Notes: generated by a model not told the origin, from the sequence alone. A stretch of 64,000 nt of DNA from the human T2T-CHM13v2.0 reference genome, Homo sapiens (GCF_009914755.1 NC_060938.1); one strand, 5' to 3'; counted from the first letter of the stretch, positions 30,756-48,401 are shown. Numbers and translations: made by a program.

Positions 30756-33700
30756 CCAGTAGTTATCTTTTCTGCTCTTCTCCCTCCTGCCATCCTCCAC
30801 CCTCAAGAAAAACCCAGTTTTTCTTTTTTCCTTCTATGTGTGTACAAGTTCTCATCATTTAGCTCCCACTTATAAGTGAGAATATGCGGTATTTGGTTTT
30901 CTGTTACTGCGTTGCTTTGCTGAGGATAATAGCCTCCAGCTATATCCATGTTTCTGCAAAATACATGATCTCATTCTTTTTTATGGCTGCATAGTGTTCC
31001 ATGGTGTATATGTACCACATTTTCTTTATCCAGTCTGTCATTGATGGACATTTATGTTGATTCCATGTCTTTGCTATTGTGAATAGTGCTGCAGTGAACA
31101 TTTGCATGCGTATGTGTTTATGGTAGAATGATTTTATATTCCTCTGGGTATATAGCCAGTGATGGGATTGCTGGGTGAAATGGTAGTTCTGCTTTTGGCT
31201 CTTTGAGGAATTACTATACTGTTTTCCACAATGGTTGAACTAATTTATACTCTCACCAACAATATATAAGTGTTCCCTTTTCTCCACAACCTTGCCAGCA
31301 TCTATTATTTAACTTTTTAATAATAGCCATTCTGACTGGTGTGAGATCTCATTGTGGTTTTGATTTGCATTTCTTGAATGATGAATGATATTGAGCTTTT
31401 TTTGATATGCTTGTTGGCCACATGTATGTCTTCTTTTGAAAAGTCTGTTCATGTTTTTTTGCTCACCTTTTAATGGGGTTGTTTTTCTCTTGTAAATTTG
31501 TTTAAGTTCCTTATAGATGCTGGATATTAGACCTTTTCAGATGCACAGTTTGTGAAAATTTTCTGCCATTCTGTAGGTTGTCTCTTTACTCTCTTGGTAG
31601 TTTCTTTTGCTGTGCAGAAGCTCTTGGGTTTAATTATAAACCATTTGTCAATTTTTGCTTTTGTTGCAATTGCTTTTAGTGTCCTTGTCATGAAATCTTT
31701 GCCTGTTACTACATCCAGGATGGATACCTAGGTTGTCTTCCAGGGTTTTTATAGTCTTGGGTTTTACATTTAAGTCATTAATCTATCTTGAATTCATTTT
31801 TGCATATGGTGTAAGGAAGGGGTCCAGCTTCAGTGTTCTGCATATGGCTAGCCAGTTATCCCAGCACCATTTATTGAATAGGGAATCTTTTCTCCATTGC
31901 TTGTTTTTGTCAGCTTTGTTGAAGATCAGATGGTTATAGGTGTGCAGCCTTATTTCTGAGTTCTCAATTCTGTTCCATTGGTCTATGTGCCTGTTTCTGT
32001 ACTAGTACTATGCTGTTTTGGTTACTGTAACCCTGTAGTATAGTTTGAAGTTGGGTAACGTGATGCCCCCAGCTTTGTTCTTTTCGGCTAGGGGTTCCTT
32101 GGCTATTTGGGCTCTTTTTTGGTTCTGTGTTAATTTTATAACAGTTTTTTTCTAGTTTTGTGAAGATGTCATTGGTAGTTTGATAGGAATAGCATTGAAT
32201 CTGTAAATTGCTTTGAGAAGTATGGGCATTTTAATGATATTTGTTCTTCCTATTGAAAACCCCCAAAATTTGAGACAGGTCTTAGTTAATTTTGCCAAGG
32301 TTGAAGATGCGTGCCCATAACACAGCCTCAGGAGGTCCTGATGACATGTGCCCAAGGTGGTCAGAGCACAGTTTTGTTTTATACATTGTAGGGAGACCTG
32401 AGACATCAGTCAGCATATGTAAAATGAGCATTGCTTCAGTCTGGAAAGGCAGGACAACTTGAAGCGGGGAGGGAGCTTCTAGGTCACAGGTAGATAAGAG
32501 ACAAATGGTTGTATTATTTTGAGTTTCTGGTTAACCTCTCCAAAGGAAACAATCAGATATGCATTTATCTCAGTGAGCAGAGGGGTGACTTTGAATAGAA
32601 TGGGAATCAGGTTTGCTCTAATCAGTTGTCAGCTTGACTTTTTCCTTTAGCTTAGGGATTTTCAGGGCCCAATATATTTTCCTTTCACCTTTCCTCCCTT
32701 TTCTTTTTAAAAATCTTTTGAAGAAAGCATTTTAGAAGAAAATGAGTCTCTGGTCCCAGGTTTCATCTGATCTCTCATGGATAGGATGATTTATTCCTAG
32801 ACAGATAGGTCCTGAGTTATTAGGAAAGCTCATTTTTAGAAAGTTGTGAAGTCTCATGTCCTATGATGAGAAAATAGGGGGAGGAAGGGAGAAAAACAAC
32901 AACAAAGAAAATAACAATACTGGAAAATTGACATAGGCCACATTACTCTGAAGTCCATACATCAGTAGGCAGGTATGAAAGTGACTTATGTGTGTAAATA
33001 GGTTGCTATTGTTTTCTTTTGAAGTTTAAATTGTCTAGCTTCAGTTAGTAGGGCTTTATGAAAGCACAGCTTAGTTTTCAGTGATTCCAAATTAGGAAAA
33101 ATGAGGAAAAAAATTGAAAACATTGTTTTAAAAACTTATAGCCAAGAAAAATTAGGATTTGGTCCAAAGCATAGAAAATAATGAAATTGAAAAACATTAG
33201 GCAAGACTAGACTCTAACAACAAGTGTACTATAGTTTTTAAAACATAGTTTTCCCTTTCTAGTTTCCCATTTTTACTACCTACTAAATCATGGTAGGACT
33301 GCTTTGCTTTATTATACTTGGCCTAATTATTGGTATATAGTGAAGCAAGGATAATTATTTTTTACATAGGCTTTTAAACTGGTTTAGATGGAACTTTGTT
33401 CCATAGAAGGAATCTCAGAAAAGATTTTTTAAAGCCAAGCCCAGCCATGGATTTGTGCCATCAAATACCTGTGAGTTGGGTGGTCCTCTTCTTTTGAGGT
33501 TCCAAGGTAAACTTGGGGCTCTTGGGCCTGTCAGAAAGTGACATTCTTTACTTGCCATGGCTCAGGAACCCTGTACAGGGGCTGTATAGACAAAGGTATA
33601 AGGTCAGTTTTTCCTGAGTTCTTTTATTGGCTCCATAAGTCAAGTCTGATTCCTTAAAGGAAAGCACACCATTTCAGTCAAAGCCTTGGTAAAATAACCA

Positions 33701-34488
33701 GTTTCTCCAATTGTGTCCTGTTACAAATGAAAATGGCTTCTTATTGCACTTATGCAAATAGCTATATTGTCATAAGTTAAGAATACTCACAAATAGTTTC
33801 CAAATTCTGGAGAAATCAGGTAGAGAGAAACAAATGTACTCCAAATTTTGTTCATAGGAGTATTCTTTACTCAACTGTTAAAAGCTGTAAATAGCTTATA
33901 TGTTTTCTTGACTCTGAAAAACAAAACAAAGGATCAGCAATGTTTTAAGCAAAATGTTAAAAAGATTGATTTAGTCTTCTGTTAGTTCAGTTCACACAGT
34001 TAACTCCTGTTCTGCTTGATATTCATGAACATTTCAGCTCTTCATGAGAGTCCTGAAAGTTTTTTCTTCTATTCTAATGTCACAATCTTCAAAGTTATCA
34101 GAATCCTGCATTTAAAAACACGTGTTAGAGTTCTATAGCTGATTATAAAACCACCTTCTAAGGAGGATCAAAACAAGACAATTGTCCATAGATGACAAAA
34201 GGTTTTAGGGAAGCCATAGTCAAAGATACAATTGACAAGGAAATTTGTTACCTCTGTGGCACACAATAATTTAACATAACAATTATAATTATTACTGATA
34301 ATGTACACTAAGTCTTATCAGAACTTTAGGAGTTTCCCATGATTTTGGAACACATACCAATAACATATTTATACAAATACAGACTAAAGAAGACCAAACA
34401 CCATTTCATATTTGACAATGTTTCCTGTATAATTTTTACACCAAATAAGCCAAATTATGTCATTTTTTGACTTTAGGGACCCTAATAT

Positions 34489-34781
34489 CTTTTTTTTTTT
34501 GAGATGGAGTTTCACTCTGTCACCCAGGCTGGAGTGCATTGGCATGATCTCGGCTCACCACAACCTCTCCCTCCTGGGTTCAAGTGATTCTCCTGCCTCA
34601 GCCTCCTGAGTAGCTGGGATTACAGGCACATGCCACCATACCAGGCTAATTTTTGTATTTTTAGTAGAGATGGGGTTTCACCATGTTGGCCAGGCGGTCT
34701 CAAACTCCCGACCTCAGGTAATCTGGCACCCTCAGCCTCCCAAAGTGCTGTGATTACAGGTATGAGCCACTGCACCTGGCC
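34489..34781 (-). mobile_element. Alu (S-type) in MER4-int
   Basis: Reverse Alu; TSD CCTAATATCTT. Confidence 0.95.
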
Positions 34782-36169
34782 AGAAACCTAATATCTTAAA
34801 GGGTTAATTAGATCAGAAAAAGACATAATTTATAATTTGATTTTGGAAAGTTTGTCAAATATAAAAGGTTTAAAACACTTGATATCACAGGTCATTGCAA
34901 AATAAGTCATTCATTTGACTAAAGTGATAACTCAAAGATTAAAAAAAAAAGGTGAAAACCTTCCTTCTTTGATAGAGGAGTCTTAATTTTCCAAACAATA
35001 AGTCCTAATAAAAACAGCATGAAGCCAATTAAATTTGTTTTTCAAAATTTTATAAACAATCTGTAAAATTTTAATCTTAATGATAAGATATAACTTCCGT
35101 AAGACCCTTTCATAACCTTTATAATCTTTATTTAGGAGTCAGTTAATACTTCAAGAAAACCTTGTTAATCTGACACAGGGGCCTATATGTAGGTCTTGCA
35201 TCAATGGTCTTGACATTAATGATTAATTTATAGAGAAACTGAACTTATTTTATCTTTCAAAATTGGCCCTTAGAATCTTATATGTCCACCTCTTCTGTGA
35301 TAGTCCCTGGACCTTGAGGGGTTGAATAGCTTTAATTTCTATTCAATCCCCTGAATAGAGTGTTTGAGGAAGGCAGTTTATTTTGATTGGCATCTGCTAC
35401 CAGGCCTGAAGATGGGGCTTTAATTGCCATCAGTGTTTAAAACTCAGAAGGACGTGGTGTCCTTTTTAGACCTGCAGTCAAAGCCCTGTAACTAAATGTC
35501 ACAAATACTTTAAAAGTGCATACAGAAAGATACATGGATGTAGTAACCTTAAATAAAAAAAATTTGTAATCTGTTTTTTTCCTAAGCAAACCAAAACTTA
35601 ATAATAGTGTGACAACTTTATCATATAAAAGTTTTCTAAAAAGTAAATCCTCTTATTGTGACTTACATAGACTGTTCATGACATGCTTGCAGTTTCTGGT
35701 TTGTGCTGAACATCCCTCCTTCTTAAACAACCAGTCATGTTACTCTAGGACTCAATTTACTATACAAGATTCTTTCTCATATGAAATGATTTCTCTTCAA
35801 GCTTTCTTACCAAAAAAACACCAAAACTCTTTATTTTTATAAGTTTCTTTACATATCTTTTATTTTCTGGTTCCTTTTACCTTGTTTCATACATGACCTT
35901 TAAATAAGCTTTGAACTAGACAAAAATTGTCCACCTTTTTTTTAAAAGGACACACCTTTTTTATTTTTAGAAAGAATGTTTTCCTACAAATATGTTTTTA
36001 TTTGACAATATCCAAATAATGAAATATCTATTATTTAACTTAATATAACTTTAGAATCTAAATTATGATGAGTTGTCTACAAGTTTTTATCCTGCTACAT
36101 TACCTAATTATTTTATTTTAATTGTTTACTTAGATTATAAAAACTGTGAATGCCATTATTTAAAGTTAT

Positions 36170-36410
36170 GGAACTGCCATTGCAAAATTATAACTGAGAC
36201 AGTGAAAAAGATTTGGCCTAACTGACTTCATCTTGCTTCTAACCTCCAGGCTGTCCTTGTTCATTCCTGGGCATAGGCTGAACTAACTTTGGGAGGAACT
36301 TAGTTTATAGTTTAGCTTTGAAACGAAGATGATAAACAGTCCTTTCCTAGAACAAATCTTACTGCCTGTGGACTAGACTGCCTAAAGCCACAAGATTAGA
36401 AGTTATGGTA
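36170..36410 (+). mobile_element. LTR8-like 5' fragment embedded in MER4-int, opposite orientation
   Basis: GAACTGCCATTGCAAAATTATAACTGAGACAGTG...CATCTTGCTTCTAACC...GCTGTCCTTGTTCATTCCTGGGC matches the recalled LTR8 U3. Confidence 0.7.
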
Positions 36411-36877
36411 ATTTTACTAAATTCAAGATGTAGCTATTTTTATTAAACCAATATCAATATCTTATTTATTAAAAATTATACAAGCAAAGGTCATTCTGTC
36501 TTGGGCTGCATTTAGAGTTTTGTAACCTCTGTACCAAATTTTGACACCTTATGGTATTTGGCAGGGATAAATATGAAATTGCTTGATTAATAATTGTACA
36601 TGAAAATGTATGCTGGCAATTTTTAAGATATTTCTAATATTTACTTTACCAATAATTTTAAAGCTACATTATTTATTAAGATTTTACTTAAGTTATGTAA
36701 ACTTGAAAAAGCATTCGACTAATCTTTTCTTGTTTCCAGATAAAGTGTTTCAAATACTTTATTTTCTTAAGCCAATTAATCAGAACTCCTTTATATATTT
36801 TCAGTAGTGAAACATTGTGTACACAACACATAAATACATAGATGTATTAGGCTTGCTGATAGAAGTACATCTTATAG

Positions 36878-37185
36878 ATTTATTTATTTATTTATTTGAG
36901 ATGGAGTCTCATTCTGTTTCCCAGGCTGGAGTGCAGTAGCATGATCTGTACTCACTGCAACCTCTACCTCCTGGTTCAAGTGATTCTCTTGCCGCAGCCT
37001 CCTGAGTAGCTGGGATTACAGGCACGTGCCACCATGCCTGGCTAATTTTTGTATTTTTAGTAGAGACTGGGTTTCATCGTGTTGGCCAGGCTGGTCTCAA
37101 ACTCCTGACCTCAGGCTCAGGTAATCTGCCTGCTTTGGCCTCCCGAAGTGCTGGGATTATAGGCATGGAGCCACCGCTCCCAGCC
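36878..37185 (-). mobile_element. Alu (S-type) in MER4-int
   Basis: Reverse Alu with (TTTA)n tail and a small CTCAGG duplication. Confidence 0.95.
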
Positions 37186-38242
37186 AGATTTATAAAACCC
37201 TTTTTTTTTTTTTTCCCGTCTTAGATTTTCAGATTCTTGAAAACCTATTTCACAATCCTGGGCAGTTGTCAGCTAAACAGCCTTATATTTGCATGTTAAA
37301 GGAAACAACTCAGGTGAAAATCAAATAGTAAAATTTACATCATAAGGTACAGAGAGAAAAAGTCTGGTGGTGCTAGAAGGAGACTAAAGATGGATGCCAA
37401 ACCAAACATAAAATTATAGAAATCTATGATAGGATTGTATAAGGAGTCCAATTTTATTTAGATAGAAACTATCTACCTTTTAATTAGGTATCTGAGCTCT
37501 GGGCAGAGCCCACATTGAATCCTGGGTCTCCAAAAAGGGAGAATTATTATGAGATTAGACCACATGATGCTTTTACAGTGCACTTAAAAAATTTTTTTAA
37601 AAACAAGACATTTCTAAGTGTCTAAACCACATTCTTCCTTAAAAAGCCAAGGATAACCTCTGTTGCAATAAGTATTTTAGTCAAAAAATATATGTACACA
37701 AACAGGTAACACAATACAAAAGTAAGCAGTTTAAGAGCTGAGAGAAACTTGACTGTTCACATTCTTGGGGTGCCATAAGGAAAAACAGGTTTCTCCCCCA
37801 AAGGGAGTCTATCATCTTCTTCATTTTCTTTAAGGAACCCAAGGCTATTATAAACTATTTTAGGTCCCACATGCAGCAGAGGGTACAAGAGAAAGGAGAG
37901 ACATAATTTAGTCAACAAAGAAGAAATAAACTTTTGCTCAAAAAAAGAGACAAAGTCCTAGGAGAAAAGCAAAAGCAAAAACATGAAAGCCTTTTAAATA
38001 CAAACACACACATATGCACACATACACACACACATCTTGGATGTTAGCTTTTAATTAAGCTGACTTTTAACCATTGAGCTCCTTTAAAAAATCTTTTTAA
38101 ATCTCTTTACCCTATTTCAGCTAGGACAAATTGCTATTATTTCAGAAGTATAGCCATTGCTCTTTCAGTTTGGCCTGGCTAGCAAAAAGGTGGTCTTGTT
38201 ATGTAAATAAAGCCCCTTAGTAGTCAAAATCAAAAATCTTTT

Positions 38243-38743
38243 TGTTGGGAGCCAAAAAGGCCAAAGGGATCATGACCAACTCAGCATTCCACTGGAGGCT
38301 ATATGATCAAATAACAAACTGTTTATCATGAATGCAGGATGTGAGCGAACTCACACTGTGCCTGCCACCAAAAGGTTTGCTGAGGGCCATCACTCCCTGG
38401 CCCCGGGCTCCTTGAAGTTATCTACTGAGAAATCTAGCGCTTATTGTTCAAAGGATGCAGTCTCACAAGCCTGCTGTGAACCAAAAGCCTGACTGACAAT
38501 TATCCGACAATCACCAACCCCCTTCTCGCTCTTTTGTCTAATAAATATGGAGGGCTGTGTAAAGCTCAGGGCCCTTGTCCACTAGAGGCAAGGTGCCCCC
38601 GACCCCTTCTTCTAAATATACTCTTTTGTCTTTGTCTTTTATTCCCACGTTCGCCCCCTTTGTTCAGTCCACCACTTTATTCAGTCCACCAGTGGCAGGC
38701 CACTAGTGGTGCCCTGAACAGAGACAGAATTGGGTGTTCTACA
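38243..38743 (+). mobile_element. LTR3-type (HERV-K HML-6) solo LTR
   Basis: TGTTGGGAGCCAAAAAGGCCAAAGGGATCATGACCAACTCAGCATTCCACTGGAGGC...TCTACA; 6-bp TSD TCTTTT (38237-38242 and 38744-38749). Confidence 0.88.
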
Positions 38744-39477
38744 TCTTTTTTCTTGTTTTTTTTTTTTTTTTTTTTCCTTTTGCTGGCCATTTTTCTTCCT
38801 CCTCCCCACCACCTTGTGTGTGTGTGTGTTGGCAGAGGGGTGGGGTTGGGGGGAATTTAGCCACTTCAGAGGTCTTGTTCCCCATAATTTGGAACTCCCT
38901 TCAGATTTGATGAAGTTGGATAGAGTTGATCAAACCCAATGGGAAAAAAGACTGAAACAACAACAAAAACAGAAACAAATGACGACAACAACAAAACCAG
39001 TTAAGCAAAACAAATGATTGCACAACTTACATGATTACTGAGTGCTGTAATGGTAAGGAGAACTTAAGACCAGCTGGGTGTTAACTTTAGCAAAGACAAA
39101 ACCCCAATTCAGGTACTTACCTAGGGATGTGTCTCATGCTGGAGACGGCTCTCTATCATCCTAGAAGCAGGAAACAAAACTCATCTTCCCTGTTGAAAAT
39201 GAGCTCAAACTCCGTAAAGGAGTTTTCTGCCTTCCATCATTATGGAAGCAGGAAAACTTGCCTTCCTTGTTGGAAGCAAGTAAAACCCCCCAAAAAAGGG
39301 AGTTGTACAGCAAAATAAACTTTAGATCATGACCAAATTTGGGAGACCAGGATACTCTGGGGGGGTGCTCCCAGACCTCAGCAAATTGTAATATTGGTTT
39401 GAGCCATAAAGATAGCTCATGCTGGTACCAAGCACCAATAGAAGATTTCTCAAAGGTCAGGAGGGGCACCTCCACTC

Positions 39478-39496
39478 AATTTCTCCGTGGTTACCA
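39478..39496 (-). promoter_or_regulatory. Primer binding site of the MER4 provirus, tRNA-Arg-like
   Basis: Plus strand AATTTCTCCGTGGTTACCA lies 3 nt from the 5' LTR and resembles the recalled tRNA-Arg(TCG) 3' end AATCCCTTCGTGGTTACCA. Confidence 0.65.
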
Positions 39497-42400
39497 AAAT
39501 GAGAATCCCCAAAATTTGAGACCAGTCTTAGTTAATTTAGAAAGCTTATTTTGCCAAGATTGAAGATGTGCGCCCATGACACAGCCTCAGGAGGGCCTGA
39601 CAACATGGGCCCAAGGTGGTCAGAGCACAGTTTTGTTTTATACATTGTAGGGAGACATGAGACATCAATCAACATATGTAAGACGAACATTGGTTCAGTC
39701 TAGAAAAGTGGGACAACTGGAAGTGGGGAGAGGGCTTCCAGGTCTTAGGTAGATAAGAGACAAATGGTTGCATTCTTTTGAGTTTCTGATTAGCCTCTCC
39801 AAAGGAGACAATCAGATATGCAATTATCTCAGTGAGCAGAGGGGTGACTTTGAATAGAATGGGAGTCAGTTTTGCTGTAATCAGTTCTCAGCTTGACTTT
39901 TACCTTTAGCTTAGTGATTTTGGGGACCCAAGATATTTTACTTTCACACTATTTAGCCATGAGCATGGGATGTGTTTCCATTTGTTTGTGTCTTCTCTGA
40001 TTTCTTTGAGCAGTGTTTTGCAAGTCTCATTGTAGAGATCTTTCACCTCCCTGGTCACCTGGATTCCTAGGTATTTTATTCTTTTTGTGGCAATTGTGAA
40101 CAGGATTGCCTTTCTAATTTGGCTCTTGGCTTGGCTATTGTTGGTGTGTAGGAATGTTAGTAAATTTTGTACATTGATTTTGTATCCTGAAACTTTATTG
40201 AAGTTGTTTATCAGCTGAAGGAGCTTTTGGGCTGTGACTATGGGGTTTTCTAGATATATAATCATGTTGTCTACAAACAGATAGTTTGATTTCCTTTCTT
40301 CCTATTTGGATGGGCTTTATTTCTCTTGCATGACTGCTCTGGCTAAAACTTTCAATACTATGTTGAATATAAGAGAGAACATCCTTGTGCTGGTTCTCAA
40401 GGGCAATGCTTGTAGCTTTTGCTCATTTAGTATAATGTTGGCTGTGGGTTTGTCATAGATGGCTCTGATTATTTTGAGGAACGTTGCTTCAATATCTAGT
40501 TTATTGAGAGTTTTCAACATGAGGGCATACTAAATTTTATTGAAAGCCTTTTCTGCATCTTCTGAGATAATGATGTGGAAAATGTCTTTAGTTTTGTTTA
40601 TGTGATAAATCACACTTACTGATTTGCCTATCTTGAACCAACCTTAAATCCCAGGGATGAAGCCTTCTTGATCATGGTGGATTATCTTTTTAATGTGCTG
40701 CTGGATTCTGTTTGTAAATATTTTGTTGAGGAGTTTTGTATCAATATTCATCAAGGTTATTGGCCTGAAGTTTTCTTTTTTTGTGTGTTTCTTCCAGGTT
40801 TTGATATCAGCATGATGCTGGCCTCATAGAATGAGTTGGGGAAGAGTCCTTTCTCCTCAATTTTTTTGGAATAGTTTCTGTGGGTGTGGTACCAGCTCCT
40901 GTTTGTATATCTGGTAGAATTCAGCTTTGAATCCATCAGGTCCTGTGCTTTTTTTGGTTAGTGGGCTATTTATTACTGATTCAACTTTGGAGCTCATTAT
41001 TGGTCTGTTTAGGAAATCAGTTTCTTCCTGGTTTAGTCTGAGGAGGATGTATATGGTTTTTTAGTTGGTGTGCATAGAGGTGTTCTTAGTAGTTTCTGAT
41101 GGTTATTTTTATGTCTTTGGGGTCAGTGGTAACTTTCCTTTGTCACTTCTAAGAGTGTTTATTTGGATCTTCTCTCTTTTTTTCTTTTATAGTCTAGCTA
41201 CTGGCCTATCCATTTTATTAATTTTTTCAAAGAACCAATTCCTGGATTCATTAATCTTTTGAATTCTTTTTGTGTCTCTGTTTCTCTCAATTTAGCTCTG
41301 ATTTTGGTTATTTCTTGTGTTTTGCTAGCCTTGGGGTTGATTCTTGAACGAATTCTTTCAGTTGTGATGTTAGGCTGTTAATTTGATATTTTTCTAACTT
41401 TTCGATGTAGGCATTTGGTGCTGTGAATTTCCCTCTTAACACTGCCTTAGCTGTGTCTCAGATATTCTGGTATGTTGTATCTTAGTTCTCTTTAGTTTCA
41501 AATAACTTCTTGATTTCTGCCTTAATTTCATTATTTACCCAGAGTCATTCAGGAGGATGTTGTTTTCATGTAATTGCATGGTTTTGAGTGATTTTCTTAG
41601 TCTTGACTTCTATTTTTATGGTTCTGTGGTCTGAGAATATGTTTGGTGTGATTTCAGTTCTTTTGCATTTGCAGGTAATTGTTTTATTTCCAGTTATGTG
41701 GTCACTTTTAGAGAATGTGCCATGTGGTGATGAGAAGAATATATATTCTGTTGTTTTGGAGTGAAGAGTTCTGTAGAAGTCTATCAAACACATTTGGTCC
41801 AATGTTGAGTTCAGGTCCTGAATATTTTTGTTAATTTTCTGCCTCAGTGATCTGTCTAATACTGTCAGTGGAGTGTTGGAGTCTCCCACTACTATTGCAT
41901 GGGAGTTTATGTTTCTTTGTAGGTCTCTAAGAACTTACTTTATGAATCGGTGTGCTCCTGTGTTGGGTGCATGTATATTTAGGATAGTTAGGTCTTCTTG
42001 TTGAATTGAAACCTTTACCATTATGTAATGCCCTTCTTTGTCTTTTTTGATCTATGTTGGTTTGAAGTCTGTTTTGTCTGAAATTAGGATCGCAACCCCT
42101 GCTTTGTCTATTTTCCATTTGCTCGATAGATTTTCCTCCATCCCTGTATTTTGAGCCTATGGGTGTCATTTTGTGTGAGATGGGTCTCTCGAAGACTGCA
42201 TACCATTGGGTCTTGCTTTTTTATTCAGCTTGCCACTCTGCCTTTTAAGTGGGGCATTCAGCCTGTTTATGTTTAAGATTAGTATTGACATGTCTGGATT
42301 TGATCCTGTCATTGTGATGTTACCTGGTTATTATGTTGGCTTGTTTGTGTGATTGCTTTATAGTGACACTGATCTGTGTGTTTAAGTGTGTTTTTGTATT

Positions 42401-44510
42401 AGCTAGTAGTGATCTTTATTTGCTATATTTAGTGCTCCTTTCAGGATCTGAAAAATAACCTTTATATTAACCCTGATGTCCTGAATGTTTCCCCACCTAG
42501 TCTTTGTTCAACTACTCAGCTTCTCAGATGTTGATTTTGGAATCAGAAAATTTGGCAAAACAGTCTCAAATGCTTTGCTTAACTTATTTGTCTCACAGGA
42601 AGAAATTCTTGGATTTTGATTTTATAATCCTCAGGCTAGAGAGCTCTCCAGTGCTTTTCAACAGATAAAAATTTTTTTCATCTAGCTTTTCTAGTTGCTC
42701 TCTGCAGAAAAGTAAGTTTACAAATGGCCTACTGTGTCCTTGCAAGAAGGAAAACATTCTAGGTATCATTTGAAAGACTCAAAAATAGGAACACAAATAG
42801 GTCTCAGTCCAGCTATGCCTTTTTCTACTTCCACTTGTAGAGGAATCCCTAAAAAGTCTACAACTCTCAAAAAGTCTACAACCCAATGGTTAAATTCCTC
42901 AAAAGTCTACAACCTGATGGTTAAATATGTTGCTTGAGTTCCGACTAGATGTGGTCCCAGGCTCAGTCAACTGGAAGTAGTATAAAGACATCCTCAGTTT
43001 CATGTGGGAACTAACCTGAATCTTCTACTCTAGTTACCCTCCCACTGTAGGGTTACAGGACAAGGAATGGAACCTGTGAAACCACTTTGTCATGCTTACT
43101 GCAGCTGATCGAGCCAGTCATGCACTGGAATGCAGGAGGTTATCACATGCCTCTCTCCATCCTCTGGCAAAACAACCTTTATTCCACTTATGTCTCTGCT
43201 TTCCTCTCATTCCTTTGTTGATCTTTTGTGTTTACAAGGGTCTGGATGCTTAATATATTTGGGTTTTAAATACGCCTTTAATTTAATCATTGTTTTCAAA
43301 TCTGGTTTACTCTTAAATGTGGAGCAGTTTTTGTGGTGATGTTTAATATATGATTAATAAATTATTTTGGAAGTTATTAAGTTGATCATAAGAAGATCTA
43401 TTTTATGACTTGGTTCCATTTATTACTTTTTAATTTCTACTGGAAGCTGATTGCTTGGAAAAACGACATTTTTTTTTTCCTCTGCTGCTTTGCTTTTGGA
43501 ATGGTACTTGTCCAGAAAAACAAATCCAATTTCAATTGCTCAGAAAACTTATCTTTTCATGTTATTGGCAAAATTGTACAAAATTAATAGCCAATGTAAT
43601 TAGCCAATTAAGTCTGACCTTTTCTGCATTTGCATTTTCTCCATCAGATTTTGTTATCTGTACCTGGTCTGCCTTTTTTTTCACACAAATAATTTCAGAT
43701 TTCAAAGTTACAGAACTAACAGTTGTTAAATGTTAAACAATTTATGTTGTCACACATTCCCTTAAAAGAAAATGAAGTCTTCAGCACATCATCCCCCGCC
43801 CCCAAATCCTTATCTCAATTTAGAAACAATAACAACTAAATTTATTTATTACCTGCCCTGTTACTCCTCTTACTCAAATGCTGTTGTGGGTTATGTCTCT
43901 GGTCTCAACTCATTCCCTGTGGGTTGAAGGCATCCTCAAGGACCTGAAATGATATTCTGTGTGTAGGTTCTAATTACTCCTTTGGCCTAATGATATGCTT
44001 CAAATCAGGTTATGTCTTGAATGTGTTCTGATTATCAATAACTTTTTGTTTTTCTAAGTTTATGTTGAATACATTTAAACTTATCATTGTGTTAAATGCT
44101 TTACATACATTATCCTATTTCATTCTAATTACAGTGCTATTTACTTCGTTTTAAAAATAAGGAAATGGATTTAGAGATACATCTTGTTTAAGCAAGATAA
44201 AAGACCATCATTGGAAAATGGTGGAAGAAAGAATAAAGCCCATGTATTTTAAAATCCAGAGCCTTCATATTTATGCTATATTGCAAGTCTGTTGTTTTTT
44301 TTTTAATTATACTTTAAGTTTTAGGGTACATGTGCACATTGTGCAGGTTAGTTACATATGCATACATGTGCCATGCTGGTGCGCTGCACCCACTAACTCA
44401 TCATCTAGCATTAGGTATATCTCCCAATGCTATCCCTCCCCCCTCCCCCAACCCCACCACAGTCCCCAGAGTGTGATATTCCCCTTCCTGTGTCCATGTG
44501 ATCTCATTGT

Positions 44511-48362
<3,852 letters not shown>

Positions 48363-48401
48363 TCATTAGTTGATGCAGTTTCTTCCTAGTCTCGATGGTC
48401 T

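Larger units (their letters stand above)
32254..39948 (-). mobile_element. MER4A1-type non-autonomous ERV1 provirus: 3' LTR 32254-32689, internal region, 5' LTR 39500-39948
   Basis: Two similar ~440-bp LTRs; 4-bp TSD CTAT (32250-32253 and 39949-39952); purine tract next to the 3' LTR; AT-rich internal region without gag/pol/env ORFs. Confidence 0.92.
30458..42451 (-). mobile_element. L1PA15/16-like LINE-1, 5'-truncated in ORF1, split by a MER4 provirus
   Basis: 3' UTR GGGGTACATGTGAAGGTTTGTT...ACAGATTATT; ORF2 fragments at 39906-40265, 40317-40520 and 41566-41889; 12-bp TSD AAAATAACCTTT. Confidence 0.92.
29928..42497 (-). mobile_element. ERV1 LTR (MER31/MER34-like) split into 29928-30457 and 42452-42497 by an L1 insertion
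   Basis: LTR-like sequence stops at AAAATAACCTTT (30446-30457) and resumes at the same 12-mer (42452-42463), ending ...CCTGAATGTTTCCCCAC. Confidence 0.7.
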
